Of a DNA stretch of 62,727 bases, positions 10,652 to 19,991 are shown one piece after another. A program made the translations under genes and the position numbers. The stretch's first letter is position 1. Each line of letters opens with the position of its first letter. A model generated the notes under the pieces. The model saw only the letters and a program-made list of their open reading frames with translations, did no database searches and was not told the origin of the DNA. This DNA is from Candidatus Bathyarchaeota archaeon (lineage in GTDB: Archaea > Thermoproteota > Bathyarchaeia > TCS64). Where the stretch lies: the NCBI GenBank assembly GCA_016783485.1, contig JADHWM010000002.1, positions 1 through 62,727 on the forward strand. The letters are read 5' to 3'.

Positions 10652-11548
10652 ATGGCGATAGACGGTCTCCTCGGCCTCCTCCGGGTCAGGCAGTGGTACA
10701 AGAACCTGTTAATCTTCCTGGGGCTGGTCTTCTCCTTCAACCTGACGAACTTCGACCTGTACCCCCCCTTCATCACGGGCTACGTTCTCCTGTGCCTAGT
10801 TTCAGGGGCGAACTATGCGATCAACGACATTGTTGACCGGGATAAGGACGCAAGTCATCCGGAGAAGAAAAACAGGCCTCTGCCCTCCGGGCGGGCCTCT
10901 CTCAATGAGGCTTACGGGCTGATCGCCGTCCTCCTAGTTGTGTCATTCGTCGGGGGCTACTACCTGAACACGAAGTTCGCGATACTCTTGGGGCTGCTGT
11001 TCCTGACGAGCCAATTCTACAACCTTGTGGCGAGGAAGGTCGTCGTCCTCGACCTGATCGTGATCTCCTCGAACTATATCTGGAGGGCCCTCACCGGGAT
11101 AGCCCTGTTGAAGGGTATCCCGCACCCCCCCGTGTCCCTGTGGTTCATCTTCGGAGTCTTCTTCGTGGCCCTGCTCCTGGCAGCGGGGAAGAGGAGGGGG
11201 GAGCATGCTTTCCTGGGGGATCGCGCGGGCGAGTTCAGGGGCACTCTCCAGAGTTACTCTCCCGCGATGCTGGATAACCTGATCAACGTCTTCAGCGCCA
11301 TCACGATTCTGTTCTACACGATGTATTGCGTCAACGCTCCCATCGGGGACTCTAGGCTCATGGTCACCATCCCTGTCGTGGTCTTCATCATCGGGCGGTA
11401 CCTCTACATCGTCTACAACAAGAATCAGAATGTGATGGACTCGAGCAGGCTCCTCGATGACCGCCCCCTGCTCCTGGGGGTGGCTCTCTGGATATTCACC
11501 GTCATGATACTGCTCTACACCCCGTTGTACGCGAGCGTCTTCCCATGA
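10652..11548 (+). CDS. UbiA-family polyprenyl-phosphate phosphoribosyltransferase (DPPR synthase-like)
   Basis: RVRQWYKN, NDIVDRDKDASHPEKKNRPLPSG and KRRGE motifs; multi-pass membrane protein. Confidence 0.88.
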   Translation: MAIDGLLGLLRVRQWYKNLLIFLGLVFSFNLTNFDLYPPFITGYVLLCLVSGANYAINDIVDRDKDASHPEKKNRPLPSGRASLNEAYGLIAVLLVVSFVGGYYLNTKFAILLGLLFLTSQFYNLVARKVVVLDLIVISSNYIWRALTGIALLKGIPHPPVSLWFIFGVFFVALLLAAGKRRGEHAFLGDRAGEFRGTLQSYSPAMLDNLINVFSAITILFYTMYCVNAPIGDSRLMVTIPVVVFIIGRYLYIVYNKNQNVMDSSRLLDDRPLLLGVALWIFTVMILLYTPLYASVFP

Positions 11549-12579
11549 TACTGATAACCGGCGGCTCGGGTTACCTCGGGAGCCACCTCGCGAGGCGTCT
11601 CCTCGCGGAGGGGGAGGATGTCCGGATTCTGGACTTGGTGGATCCCCCCGGGGGACTCGCGTCTGAGGTGGAGTTCGTCGGGGTGGACGTTCGGGACTTC
11701 GAAGCCGTGGCGGAATCATGCACAGGCGTGGAGGCCATTTTTCACACGGCGGCGTCTGTGCCGATATCCAAGGCGGGGAAGGGGTTCAACGAGGTGAACG
11801 TGGAGGGGACGAGGAATGTGCTGGAGGCGGCTCTCCGGCTCGAGCATAGACCCCAAGTCATTCACATCTCCTCGAGCGCCATATACGGGGTGCCGGAGAG
11901 GAACCCGATCGACGAGGAGACTCCCTTCGCCCCGCTGGGGGAGTACGGCCGGTCTAAGGTTGAGGCTGAGAGGCTCTGCCAGATGTACTCCTCGGAGCAC
12001 GGTCTCAGGACCTGCATCATAAGGCCCCGGGGCATCCTCGGCGGAGCCATGAGGCTGGGGATCTTCGGCATCCTCTTCGACTGGATCCGGGACGGTAAGA
12101 GGGTTTACCTCATCGGGAAAGGGGAGAATCTGTACCAGTTCCTCAACATCCACGATCTTGTGGACGCATGCGTTCTCGCATGGAGGAAGAAGGCTACGGG
12201 GGCGTTCTGCATAGGCTCGGACGACTATTTGATGGTCAAGGATCTACTGGGTGAGCTGATAGACTACGCAGGAACCGGGGCAGGTCTCGTTCCGATAAAC
12301 AAGACCCTCGCGAAGAACGCTTTGAAAGCCTTGGACTGGCTGAATCTCTCTCCCCTCGTGGGCTGGCACTACCTGGGGGGCGGGGAAGACTTTTACTACG
12401 ACTGCAGCGAGGCGAAGAGGGTCCTGGGTTGGAGCCCGGTGCACAGCGATCTCGAGTCCTTGAAGGAGTCGTACAATTGGTTCCTGGAGCATTACGGGGA
12501 AGAGGCCGGGAGGACCGGCGTGACTCACCGCCAGACGCCCAGCCAGGGGCTGTTGAAAATTCTGAAGTGGCTCTCATAA
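11545..12579 (+). CDS. NAD-dependent epimerase/dehydratase (extended SDR)
   Basis: TGGSGYLG, SSSAIYG and YGRSK motifs. Confidence 0.9.
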   Translation: MILITGGSGYLGSHLARRLLAEGEDVRILDLVDPPGGLASEVEFVGVDVRDFEAVAESCTGVEAIFHTAASVPISKAGKGFNEVNVEGTRNVLEAALRLEHRPQVIHISSSAIYGVPERNPIDEETPFAPLGEYGRSKVEAERLCQMYSSEHGLRTCIIRPRGILGGAMRLGIFGILFDWIRDGKRVYLIGKGENLYQFLNIHDLVDACVLAWRKKATGAFCIGSDDYLMVKDLLGELIDYAGTGAGLVPINKTLAKNALKALDWLNLSPLVGWHYLGGGEDFYYDCSEAKRVLGWSPVHSDLESLKESYNWFLEHYGEEAGRTGVTHRQTPSQGLLKILKWLS

Positions 12580-12595
12580 GCGAACTTGATAGGCC

Positions 12596-13252
12596 ATGAT
12601 AATCGATCTCCACATCCACACCAAGTATTCGGGCGACTCCAGCAACGATCCGGTCGAGTTGGTCAAGGCGGCCAAGGCGAAGGGCCTGGACGGCATAGCG
12701 GTGACTGACCACGATTCCGTGAAGGCCTGGGAGCATTTCCCCGAGGACGACGACTTCACCATCATCCAGGGGATTGAGCGGACGACCGATCACGGCTCCG
12801 TCATCGGGCTATTCCTGACCGAGGGGATCGAAGCCCGGGGTTTCTGGGAGGCCGTCGAAGAGATCAAGAGCCAGGACGGGATCGTGGTGCTTCCCCACCC
12901 CTGCGACGCCCTCAGGAGGGACACCCCCAAGATCGGGAGCCTCGACGAGAGCCTCCTCAGGGCTAGAGTAGACGCCGTGGAGGTGTTCAACTCTAGGTGT
13001 GTTTTGGGCCAATTCAACGAGAACGCCGAGAAACTTGCAGCAGATCTGGGCAGGCACCGGGTGGGGGGCAGCGACGCCCACACCCTAGGCGAGGTGGGTA
13101 ACACTCGAACACTCTTCGACTGCGACTCCCTCAACGAGATCCATATCCAGTTGAAGAGGAGAGCCCCCATCAACACGGTCATCCAGGGGAGCCTGTCGAG
13201 TAGACTCGTCCATTTATCCTCGTTCCTTAACCGGATGAAGGGTAAAGAGTAG
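12596..13252 (+). CDS. PHP-domain metal-dependent phosphoesterase
   Basis: DLHIHT, TDHD, HP and GSDAH motifs. Confidence 0.9.
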   Translation: MIIDLHIHTKYSGDSSNDPVELVKAAKAKGLDGIAVTDHDSVKAWEHFPEDDDFTIIQGIERTTDHGSVIGLFLTEGIEARGFWEAVEEIKSQDGIVVLPHPCDALRRDTPKIGSLDESLLRARVDAVEVFNSRCVLGQFNENAEKLAADLGRHRVGGSDAHTLGEVGNTRTLFDCDSLNEIHIQLKRRAPINTVIQGSLSSRLVHLSSFLNRMKGKE

Positions 13253-13274
13253 CAGAGGGCGCAGGAGGAACGCT

Positions 13275-14273
13275 TTGGACGAGCTCATAGGCTTCGGGCG
13301 GGTCAACGACTTCTCCACATTCGTGTTGAGGGCCAGCCTGGCGAGGCGCTTCGGTTTGTTCGGCGAGATACCGATGTGGGGAGGGATCAAACTGCACGAG
13401 TTCTACCCGCCGCTCTCCACGATGCTGGTGCAGTTTCTCACGATGCGGGGGGCGCTGCTGCTCTACCTCGTGTCCACCCTCGTCGCTTGGAGCTACGGAA
13501 GGGGACCCATATTCGCAGTGCTCTACTTGGCCAGCTTCTTCCACGTGTTCCACATGCTGGAGAACGGGCGATTCGCCGAGTTCCTCGGGTACACCCTCGT
13601 TGTCTCGGCCTGGTTCATCGACAGCGGCATCTTCTCGGGGATACTTTTCGGGCTCGCGGCCATGTCCCATCCCCTGGGGTTCTTCGTGGGCTTCGCCCTG
13701 ATGGCGTTGAAGATGGATCTCACGCCCTTCCTGGTGGCGTTCCCGCTGTGCGGATGGTGGTACACCATCTTCCTGATCCAGAGGAAGCGGCTCTCATATC
13801 TCATGGAGGAGCGCCCCGACAAGTTCCTCGGGATATACTTTGCCTCATATCTCAGCGTAGCAAATCTTCTCCTCTTCCTATTCGCGCCCCTCTGGCTGTG
13901 CGCCGTCGTAACGATAGCGATCTGGCTGCTCCCCGTCTCCCTCAGGGGCAACTATAGCAAGCCCACGATAAGTTTCCCCCAGATCGAGGCGAGGATCAGA
14001 TACTTCATCAAGGCGCTCAGGACTCCCGTGTATCTGTCGGAGATCAAAGAGATCCTGCCGGGGCTCGACGACATCGAGGAGTCCCCCGTGATGATCAAGG
14101 AGCATGATTATGCGAGCTCCTTCAACGAGCTCGTATGGGCGAGCGCCACATACCTGATGGACAGGGGCGTCGTGGTCTACAACGGGTTGCCCTCGACGGA
14201 GGTGCCCAGGGAAAACCTTGAGCTAACTTTAGCTAGTAATATCCCAAGATTCACCATTGAAGACCTAAAATAG
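13275..14273 (+). CDS. Membrane protein, GT-C-like
   Basis: FYPPL loop motif, about 8 hydrophobic helices, GRFAE and SHP motifs, soluble C-terminus. Confidence 0.55.
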   Translation: MDELIGFGRVNDFSTFVLRASLARRFGLFGEIPMWGGIKLHEFYPPLSTMLVQFLTMRGALLLYLVSTLVAWSYGRGPIFAVLYLASFFHVFHMLENGRFAEFLGYTLVVSAWFIDSGIFSGILFGLAAMSHPLGFFVGFALMALKMDLTPFLVAFPLCGWWYTIFLIQRKRLSYLMEERPDKFLGIYFASYLSVANLLLFLFAPLWLCAVVTIAIWLLPVSLRGNYSKPTISFPQIEARIRYFIKALRTPVYLSEIKEILPGLDDIEESPVMIKEHDYASSFNELVWASATYLMDRGVVVYNGLPSTEVPRENLELTLASNIPRFTIEDLK

Positions 14274-14319
14274 CATTGTTTTTCAGGGAGCATTCAAGCA
14301 AATAACCGAGACTCCAAGG

Positions 14320-15369
14320 ATGACTGAGAGAACGCTGGTCACGGGGGCGAGCGGCTGGCTTGGGAACCGGCTGTGCCAGACCCTAGGGGAGCGAGGAAGG
14401 GACATCAGAGCCATGGTAATCCCCGAACACAGGGAGCACCCCGACATACTGAGGCTCCGGGAAAATTTACCGGCCGGCTCCTTGGAGGTAGCCGTGGGCG
14501 ACGTCAGGGACCCCGAGTCCCTCGATGAAGCGTGCAGGGACATCGACACCGTCTTCCACACCGTGGGGGTCATCCACCCCCGGAACGCCAAGGCGTTCTA
14601 CGAGATCAACGCCGAGGGCACCCGGAACACCGTCGAGGCGTGCGAGAGGATGGGTGTGAGGCGGGTCATCTACGTCAGCAGCAACGCCGCCCAGGGGTTC
14701 AACAGGGTCTACGAGGAGAGGGATGGCGTAAGGGTTCCCGTTTCCCTCACCGAGGAGATGCCCTGCCACCCCGAGAGCGATTACGGTAGGAGCAAGTTGC
14801 AGGCCGAGGGGATAGTGAACGGAGCGCACGAAGAGCACGGCATCGAGACCGTCATCATACGCCCCCCCATGTACTACGGCCCCAGGCTCCCCGAGAGGAC
14901 CCAGCGGCTCTACAACATGATCAAAGGAGGCCTCCCCATCGTCGGGGGAGTCCCCGTCTTCGGCGGAGGGAACGTCTACCGGAGCGTCGTCTACATCGAC
15001 AACGTCTGCGAGGCCCTCCTCCTAGCCGAGACCAGCGGAAAAGCCGACGGAGAGACCTACTGGGTCGCCGACGACGGCATGATAACCTGGAGGGATTATC
15101 TGGAGGTCGTCGCATCCAAGCTCGATGTCGAACTCAGCCTCTTCAGCCTCCCCCTCTTCGTGGCCAAGGCGCTGGAGATGGGAGACAAGGCGACCGGCTG
15201 GATCGGGATGTACCAACAGCTGTTCCACGTGCTCGGCGAGATGGGGCGGGACTGCATCTGCAGCATCGAGAAGGCGAAGCGTGATCTGGGCTACAGGGCG
15301 AAGGTTAGCACCGAAGATGGCATTGGGAGGGCCGTGGAATGGATGAGAGAGAACGACCTGGTGGCGTGA
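14320..15369 (+). CDS. NAD-dependent epimerase/dehydratase (extended SDR)
   Basis: TGASGWLG, YVSS and YGRSK motifs. Confidence 0.9.
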   Translation: MTERTLVTGASGWLGNRLCQTLGERGRDIRAMVIPEHREHPDILRLRENLPAGSLEVAVGDVRDPESLDEACRDIDTVFHTVGVIHPRNAKAFYEINAEGTRNTVEACERMGVRRVIYVSSNAAQGFNRVYEERDGVRVPVSLTEEMPCHPESDYGRSKLQAEGIVNGAHEEHGIETVIIRPPMYYGPRLPERTQRLYNMIKGGLPIVGGVPVFGGGNVYRSVVYIDNVCEALLLAETSGKADGETYWVADDGMITWRDYLEVVASKLDVELSLFSLPLFVAKALEMGDKATGWIGMYQQLFHVLGEMGRDCICSIEKAKRDLGYRAKVSTEDGIGRAVEWMRENDLVA

Positions 15370-15375
15370 TGTTGA

Positions 15376-16470
15376 ATGTCTGAGTTTCTGAGGGTCTGGT
15401 GGGCGAATCTCAATCGCATCCTCCTCCTGCTTAGGGTGAAGGGGCTCAGGTACACCTGGAACCGGATCCACTTCAACATCTTCTACTACTCCAAGAACCC
15501 CATAGTGATCAGGCTCCTGCCCTTCCTGGTGAAGTATCCCCCCTACATCGAGCTGGAGGTGACCTCCCGGTGCGCCTTCAGATGCGTCATGTGCGAGCAC
15601 ACCTACTGGGACGAGCCCGAGGTGGACGTCTCCTACGAGGAGTTCAGGGAGGTCGTCGACGAGTTCCCCGGGCTCAAGTGGATCGGCCTCTTCGGGATCG
15701 GGGAGCCCTTCCTCAACAGGGACTATATGAAGATGGTCCGCCACCTCAAGGAGGAAGGGGTCTACATCGAGATCTACGACACCTTCTACTACACAGACGA
15801 CGCCCTCGCCAAGGAGCTCGTGGAGCTGGAGTTTGACAGGATGTTCGTCTCCCTCGACGCCGCGACCAAGGAGACCTACGAGGCGATCCGGATCGGCTCC
15901 AACTTCGATCGTGTGGTGGAGAACGTGAGGAACTTCGTGCGGGTCAAGAACGAGTCGGGCTCCATATTCCCCGACTTTCTCTTCCACTTCGTGATGATGG
16001 AGAACAACGTCCACGAGATGCCCGCCTACGTCGACCTCGTCCACTCCATCTGCGGCGACCAGGGGGTCATCCAGTTCTCGGACCTCCTCCACGAGTTCGA
16101 GGAGATCAAGCACCTCGCCACCGAGGTCCCCCCGGAGATCGTGGAGGCCACTAAGAGGCGTGCCGAGGAGCGGGGGGTCTCGATAGCATGGAACTGGAAC
16201 ACCGAGAGGGAGAAGCCCCCCATTCAGCGGTGCACCGCATGGATCATGCCCTACATCTTCGTGAGCGGCCACGTCATTCCCTGCTGCGTCGGGAACGAGG
16301 CGAACCAGAGGGAACTCCAGAAGAAGCTGAGCCTGGGCAACGTCAACGAGAATAGCTTCAAGGAGATATGGGACTCCCCCGAGTACAAGCGGTTCCGAGC
16401 GATGATCAGGCGGGGGGAGACCCCTCCCCAGTGCAGGGACTGTGGAGTCTTCGCGGTGGACAAGGAATGA
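15376..16470 (+). CDS. Radical SAM protein with SPASM/twitch domain
   Basis: CAFRCVMC, GEP, and C-terminal C...GHVIPCC...CRDC. Confidence 0.92.
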   Translation: MSEFLRVWWANLNRILLLLRVKGLRYTWNRIHFNIFYYSKNPIVIRLLPFLVKYPPYIELEVTSRCAFRCVMCEHTYWDEPEVDVSYEEFREVVDEFPGLKWIGLFGIGEPFLNRDYMKMVRHLKEEGVYIEIYDTFYYTDDALAKELVELEFDRMFVSLDAATKETYEAIRIGSNFDRVVENVRNFVRVKNESGSIFPDFLFHFVMMENNVHEMPAYVDLVHSICGDQGVIQFSDLLHEFEEIKHLATEVPPEIVEATKRRAEERGVSIAWNWNTEREKPPIQRCTAWIMPYIFVSGHVIPCCVGNEANQRELQKKLSLGNVNENSFKEIWDSPEYKRFRAMIRRGETPPQCRDCGVFAVDKE

Positions 16471-16498
16471 TGGATGAACCGACGGGGAAGCCTGTGAA

Positions 16499-17467
16499 AT
16501 GCTGAAAGACATCCTCCTGCAGCTCCAACCCGAGTTCTATAGGCCCACATTAGCCCGTCTCATCGTCACCCATAACTGCCCCCTGAAATGTCAGATGTGC
16601 TCCTTCTGGCACGAGTGGAAACAGGACCCCACGACGGAGGATCTCAAAGCATGGATCAAGGAGCTCGTTGATTTCGGCGTCGAGGACATCAGCCTCGGGG
16701 GCGGGGAGCCCTTCATCAGGAAGGATCTGACCGAACTCGTCGAGGAGATCCATTCATATGGCATCACCTGCGGCGTCACCACGAGCGGATGGATAGAAAA
16801 GGACCCCTTCCCCCCCGTGGACCGGGTGGAGGTCTCCATCGACGGGGCGAAGCCGGAGACCCACGACAAGATCCGGGGCATGGAGGGCTCCTGGGAGAAG
16901 GCTGTGGGCCTAGTGAAACGGCTCAAGGAGATGGGGAAGATCAACCAGATCAACTTCGTCCTCCAGAGAGACAACTACCTGGAGCTCGAGGAATACACCA
17001 AGATGGCAAAATCCCTCGGGGTCAAGGCCTCGATTATCCCCATCAGCCTGGACCTAGTGGCCCAGCCCCGCCTCGACGGCGGCCTCGCCGAGATAGACCC
17101 CGTGCTGCTGAGGGACCAGATCGAGAAGGCCTACGCCGTGGGCAACGTCGCGACCTCCCGGGAGTTCATCGAGTTCTGGCTGGCCAAGGCGAACCAAGAG
17201 GAGACCCGCACCCGGTGCCTCGCCCCCAACGTCGAGATACTCGTCTTCGCCACCGGGGACGTGTACCCCTGCGGGAACATCCAGAAGCCGGTGGGCAACC
17301 TGAGGGAGGCCTCCTTGGAGAACATTTACAGGGGTTACAGGGAGAGAAGGAAGGAGATCAGGGAGGGCTCATATTCCGCATGCGACGAGTGCATCTACCC
17401 CGACATCATCTTCGCCAGGGGATTCTGGCAGAACACGGAGCGTTTGTTCAAGAGGGTGCTTCCGTGA
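16499..17467 (+). CDS. Radical SAM protein with SPASM/twitch domain
   Basis: CPLKCQMC, GGEP, SIDG, and C...GDVYPC...CDEC. Confidence 0.92.
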   Translation: MLKDILLQLQPEFYRPTLARLIVTHNCPLKCQMCSFWHEWKQDPTTEDLKAWIKELVDFGVEDISLGGGEPFIRKDLTELVEEIHSYGITCGVTTSGWIEKDPFPPVDRVEVSIDGAKPETHDKIRGMEGSWEKAVGLVKRLKEMGKINQINFVLQRDNYLELEEYTKMAKSLGVKASIIPISLDLVAQPRLDGGLAEIDPVLLRDQIEKAYAVGNVATSREFIEFWLAKANQEETRTRCLAPNVEILVFATGDVYPCGNIQKPVGNLREASLENIYRGYRERRKEIREGSYSACDECIYPDIIFARGFWQNTERLFKRVLP

Positions 17468-17509
17468 ATACACGAAAATCAGGCTCAATTCGATAGGGAA
17501 CGTGGATAG

Positions 17510-18652
17510 TTGTCCATTGGGAACCGGATCCTGAGAGGATTGTTCAACACAGGATTAGGGTATAGGAACCTCGTACGGTTCTACACCGTTTTCCCCCGCT
17601 TCCTCCCGTCGCACGTCCCCTGGGATCCCACGGGCCTCTCCGTCTGGGTCACCACGCAGTGCAACCTGCGATGCGAGTACTGCCTGAAGAGCGTGTCCGA
17701 CTCGGAGGACATCCTCCTGAGCGAGGAGACCTTCGAGAACATCGCCTCAAACGTCCGCGAGGGAATGAAAGTCACCTTCCTGGCGGAGGGTGAGCCCCTG
17801 ATCCACCCCGAGTTCCTCAATTTCATCCGCACCGTCAAGGAGAGAGGCGGCGAAGTGGACTTCAGCACCAACGGGATGCTCCTCACGAAAAAGAACATGA
17901 GCGAGATCGTGGATCTGGGCGTCGACGAGATCACCTTCAGCATCAACGGCATGTATGACACCCACGAACAGCTGTCCCCCGGATCGAACTTTGAGCGCAT
18001 CATGAACAACATCGGCGAGCTTCACGATCTAAAAGACGGGCGAGATGGGAAACCGGAGCTGGCCGTGTGTTTCATCGGTTCCACGAGGAACATCCATGAA
18101 CTCCCCGAACTCGTCGAGGCTCTCAGCCCGTACACGAAACTGATTCGGCTGAACAACCTGATACCCTGGACCCCCGAGATGTACGATGAGCACCTTAGCA
18201 ACGATGCGACCAGAACCCTGCAGATATTCGAGAAAAGCAGGAAGGTGGCAAGGGAGACGGGCGTCAACCTCATCATCAGGCCGCTGACGCCGAAGGTGGA
18301 GATATGCTGGGAGCCCTGGCTGAAACCCTACGTGGCCCACGACGGGTCGGTCATCCCCTGCTGCCTGGTCGGGGATCACTACTCCATCACCCCTGAGCCG
18401 AGCGAGTGGTTCGACAAGATAGAGACCCGCATGCTCCCGGAGACATACGTCATGGGGAATCTGAACGACACCAGCCTAGATGAGATTTGGAACAATCAGC
18501 AGTACAGGCGGTTCAGGAGAAGACTCTCCGAGGCGATAGCAGCCGACAGGAAGAGAGACTGGACCCTTCAGGAGTATTCGCGGCACCGAGAGGAACACAA
18601 GGACGACTTTTACTGCAAGACATGCACCCTCAGGTACGGACTGGTCTGCTGA
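17510..18652 (+). CDS. Radical SAM protein with SPASM/twitch domain
   Basis: CNLRCEYC, GEP, TNG, and CWEPW...GSVIPCC...CKTC. Confidence 0.92.
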   Translation: MSIGNRILRGLFNTGLGYRNLVRFYTVFPRFLPSHVPWDPTGLSVWVTTQCNLRCEYCLKSVSDSEDILLSEETFENIASNVREGMKVTFLAEGEPLIHPEFLNFIRTVKERGGEVDFSTNGMLLTKKNMSEIVDLGVDEITFSINGMYDTHEQLSPGSNFERIMNNIGELHDLKDGRDGKPELAVCFIGSTRNIHELPELVEALSPYTKLIRLNNLIPWTPEMYDEHLSNDATRTLQIFEKSRKVARETGVNLIIRPLTPKVEICWEPWLKPYVAHDGSVIPCCLVGDHYSITPEPSEWFDKIETRMLPETYVMGNLNDTSLDEIWNNQQYRRFRRRLSEAIAADRKRDWTLQEYSRHREEHKDDFYCKTCTLRYGLVC

Positions 18653-18689
18653 AACACCTCACATCAGAACGCCCTATCTCTCCTCTCCG

Positions 18690-19991
18690 ATGAACTCAAG
18701 TGAACTCAATCTGGGGTTCAAGATGAGCCCGGACGAAAACATAGATCAACTGATGAAGAAACACCTCGAACATGCCACCCGAAAGATGCTCGTTAGCATT
18801 GGCGAAGAAAAAATCAAGTCGATTATCCTGACCGGGAGCGTGACGAGGGGAGAAGGCTCAGGGATTGCGACCGATCACGGCATCGAGATATTCAGCGACT
18901 ACGACCTCATGGTCCTGGTGGCCCCGAGCCACGACTCCTCCATAGACCGGCTTCGACGAGAATCCGCTGCCCTCTCTGAAAAAATATCCGAAGAACTCTT
19001 GGGAGACGGCCTCCTCTCCGGAGTCAGCATATATCCTCTGAGCGTCGACGACTTGGAATCGCTGACTCCCACGATGTTCACGCTGCAGCTCAGAAACTGC
19101 GGGAAGGTGCTCTATGGTGCTGAATGCCTCGATGTCATCCCAGACTATGATGTCGAGGACATACCCAAGATCGATTCCCTCACGATGCTGAACAACAGGA
19201 TCGCCACCCAGATGAAGTTCCTCGACCCCGAGGTGTTCGTCTGGAAGACCAGGGAGGACCCTCGACAGGTCCGGATGTCCATCTACCATACGGCCATAGC
19301 CTTCATTGATTTGAGCAGCTCCCTCCTGAACCTCATCGGGAAATTCCAGCTGAGTTATGGAGAGAGAGCCGAGGTCTTCCAAAAGGAATTCCATAGATTT
19401 CCGTACCTGAAGGAGCAATGCCCCGATCTTCCAGAGGTGGTGGACTTCTTCACGAGGCTGAAATATGATCCTGATCTTCGCAGGGTCGCCGAGAGATACG
19501 GCTACGGATGCTCTGATGAAGAGCTTGTGGATGTCGCAGTCAAGGTTTGGCTCGAACTCCTCGACTACGTCAAGCCCGTTTGGGCTCATCATGTCAGGGA
19601 ACTATGCGATCCCGGTCCAGACGCTCATGATGTAAAAGATCTGGTGGAGGCTTTCTTCAGGTACGCCAACACTCTCGATTCTCGTCTGGTCTCCATCATC
19701 CATTATCTGAAGTCTAACAACTATTCTCTCGGCTCGATTCCCCGAAGCACAAGATTCTTATCCGCTTCTCTGCCGGCTGCGGTCTACTCCACACTGATAC
19801 TCCAGTATTACGCGACGCCCGGGATTCTAGAGAAAGAACACATTGACCGGGCCCCCCTCCTTTCAGACGCTCAAAAATACCTCAACAAACTCCCCCATGA
19901 GCAACCGCCGGGAATCTTTGAAAACCCCATCAAGCACTGGGACCGGATGAGGCGAGTCGGCTCAAAGATGTGGTCGAGATACATCGAGTGA
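18690..19991 (+). CDS. Pol-beta superfamily nucleotidyltransferase with helical C-terminal domain
   Basis: ILTGSVTRGEG...SDYDL, matching the GS...DxD signature. Confidence 0.7.
   Translation: MNSSELNLGFKMSPDENIDQLMKKHLEHATRKMLVSIGEEKIKSIILTGSVTRGEGSGIATDHGIEIFSDYDLMVLVAPSHDSSIDRLRRESAALSEKISEELLGDGLLSGVSIYPLSVDDLESLTPTMFTLQLRNCGKVLYGAECLDVIPDYDVEDIPKIDSLTMLNNRIATQMKFLDPEVFVWKTREDPRQVRMSIYHTAIAFIDLSSSLLNLIGKFQLSYGERAEVFQKEFHRFPYLKEQCPDLPEVVDFFTRLKYDPDLRRVAERYGYGCSDEELVDVAVKVWLELLDYVKPVWAHHVRELCDPGPDAHDVKDLVEAFFRYANTLDSRLVSIIHYLKSNNYSLGSIPRSTRFLSASLPAAVYSTLILQYYATPGILEKEHIDRAPLLSDAQKYLNKLPHEQPPGIFENPIKHWDRMRRVGSKMWSRYIE

Noticed and set aside
15376..18652. RiPP biosynthetic cluster
   Set aside because: No plausible precursor peptide, RRE/PqqD gene or exporter; the context is sugar metabolism.
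18690..19991. CBASS cyclic-nucleotide synthase
   Set aside because: No adjacent effector or Cap2/Cap3 genes, and the gene is embedded in a glycan operon.
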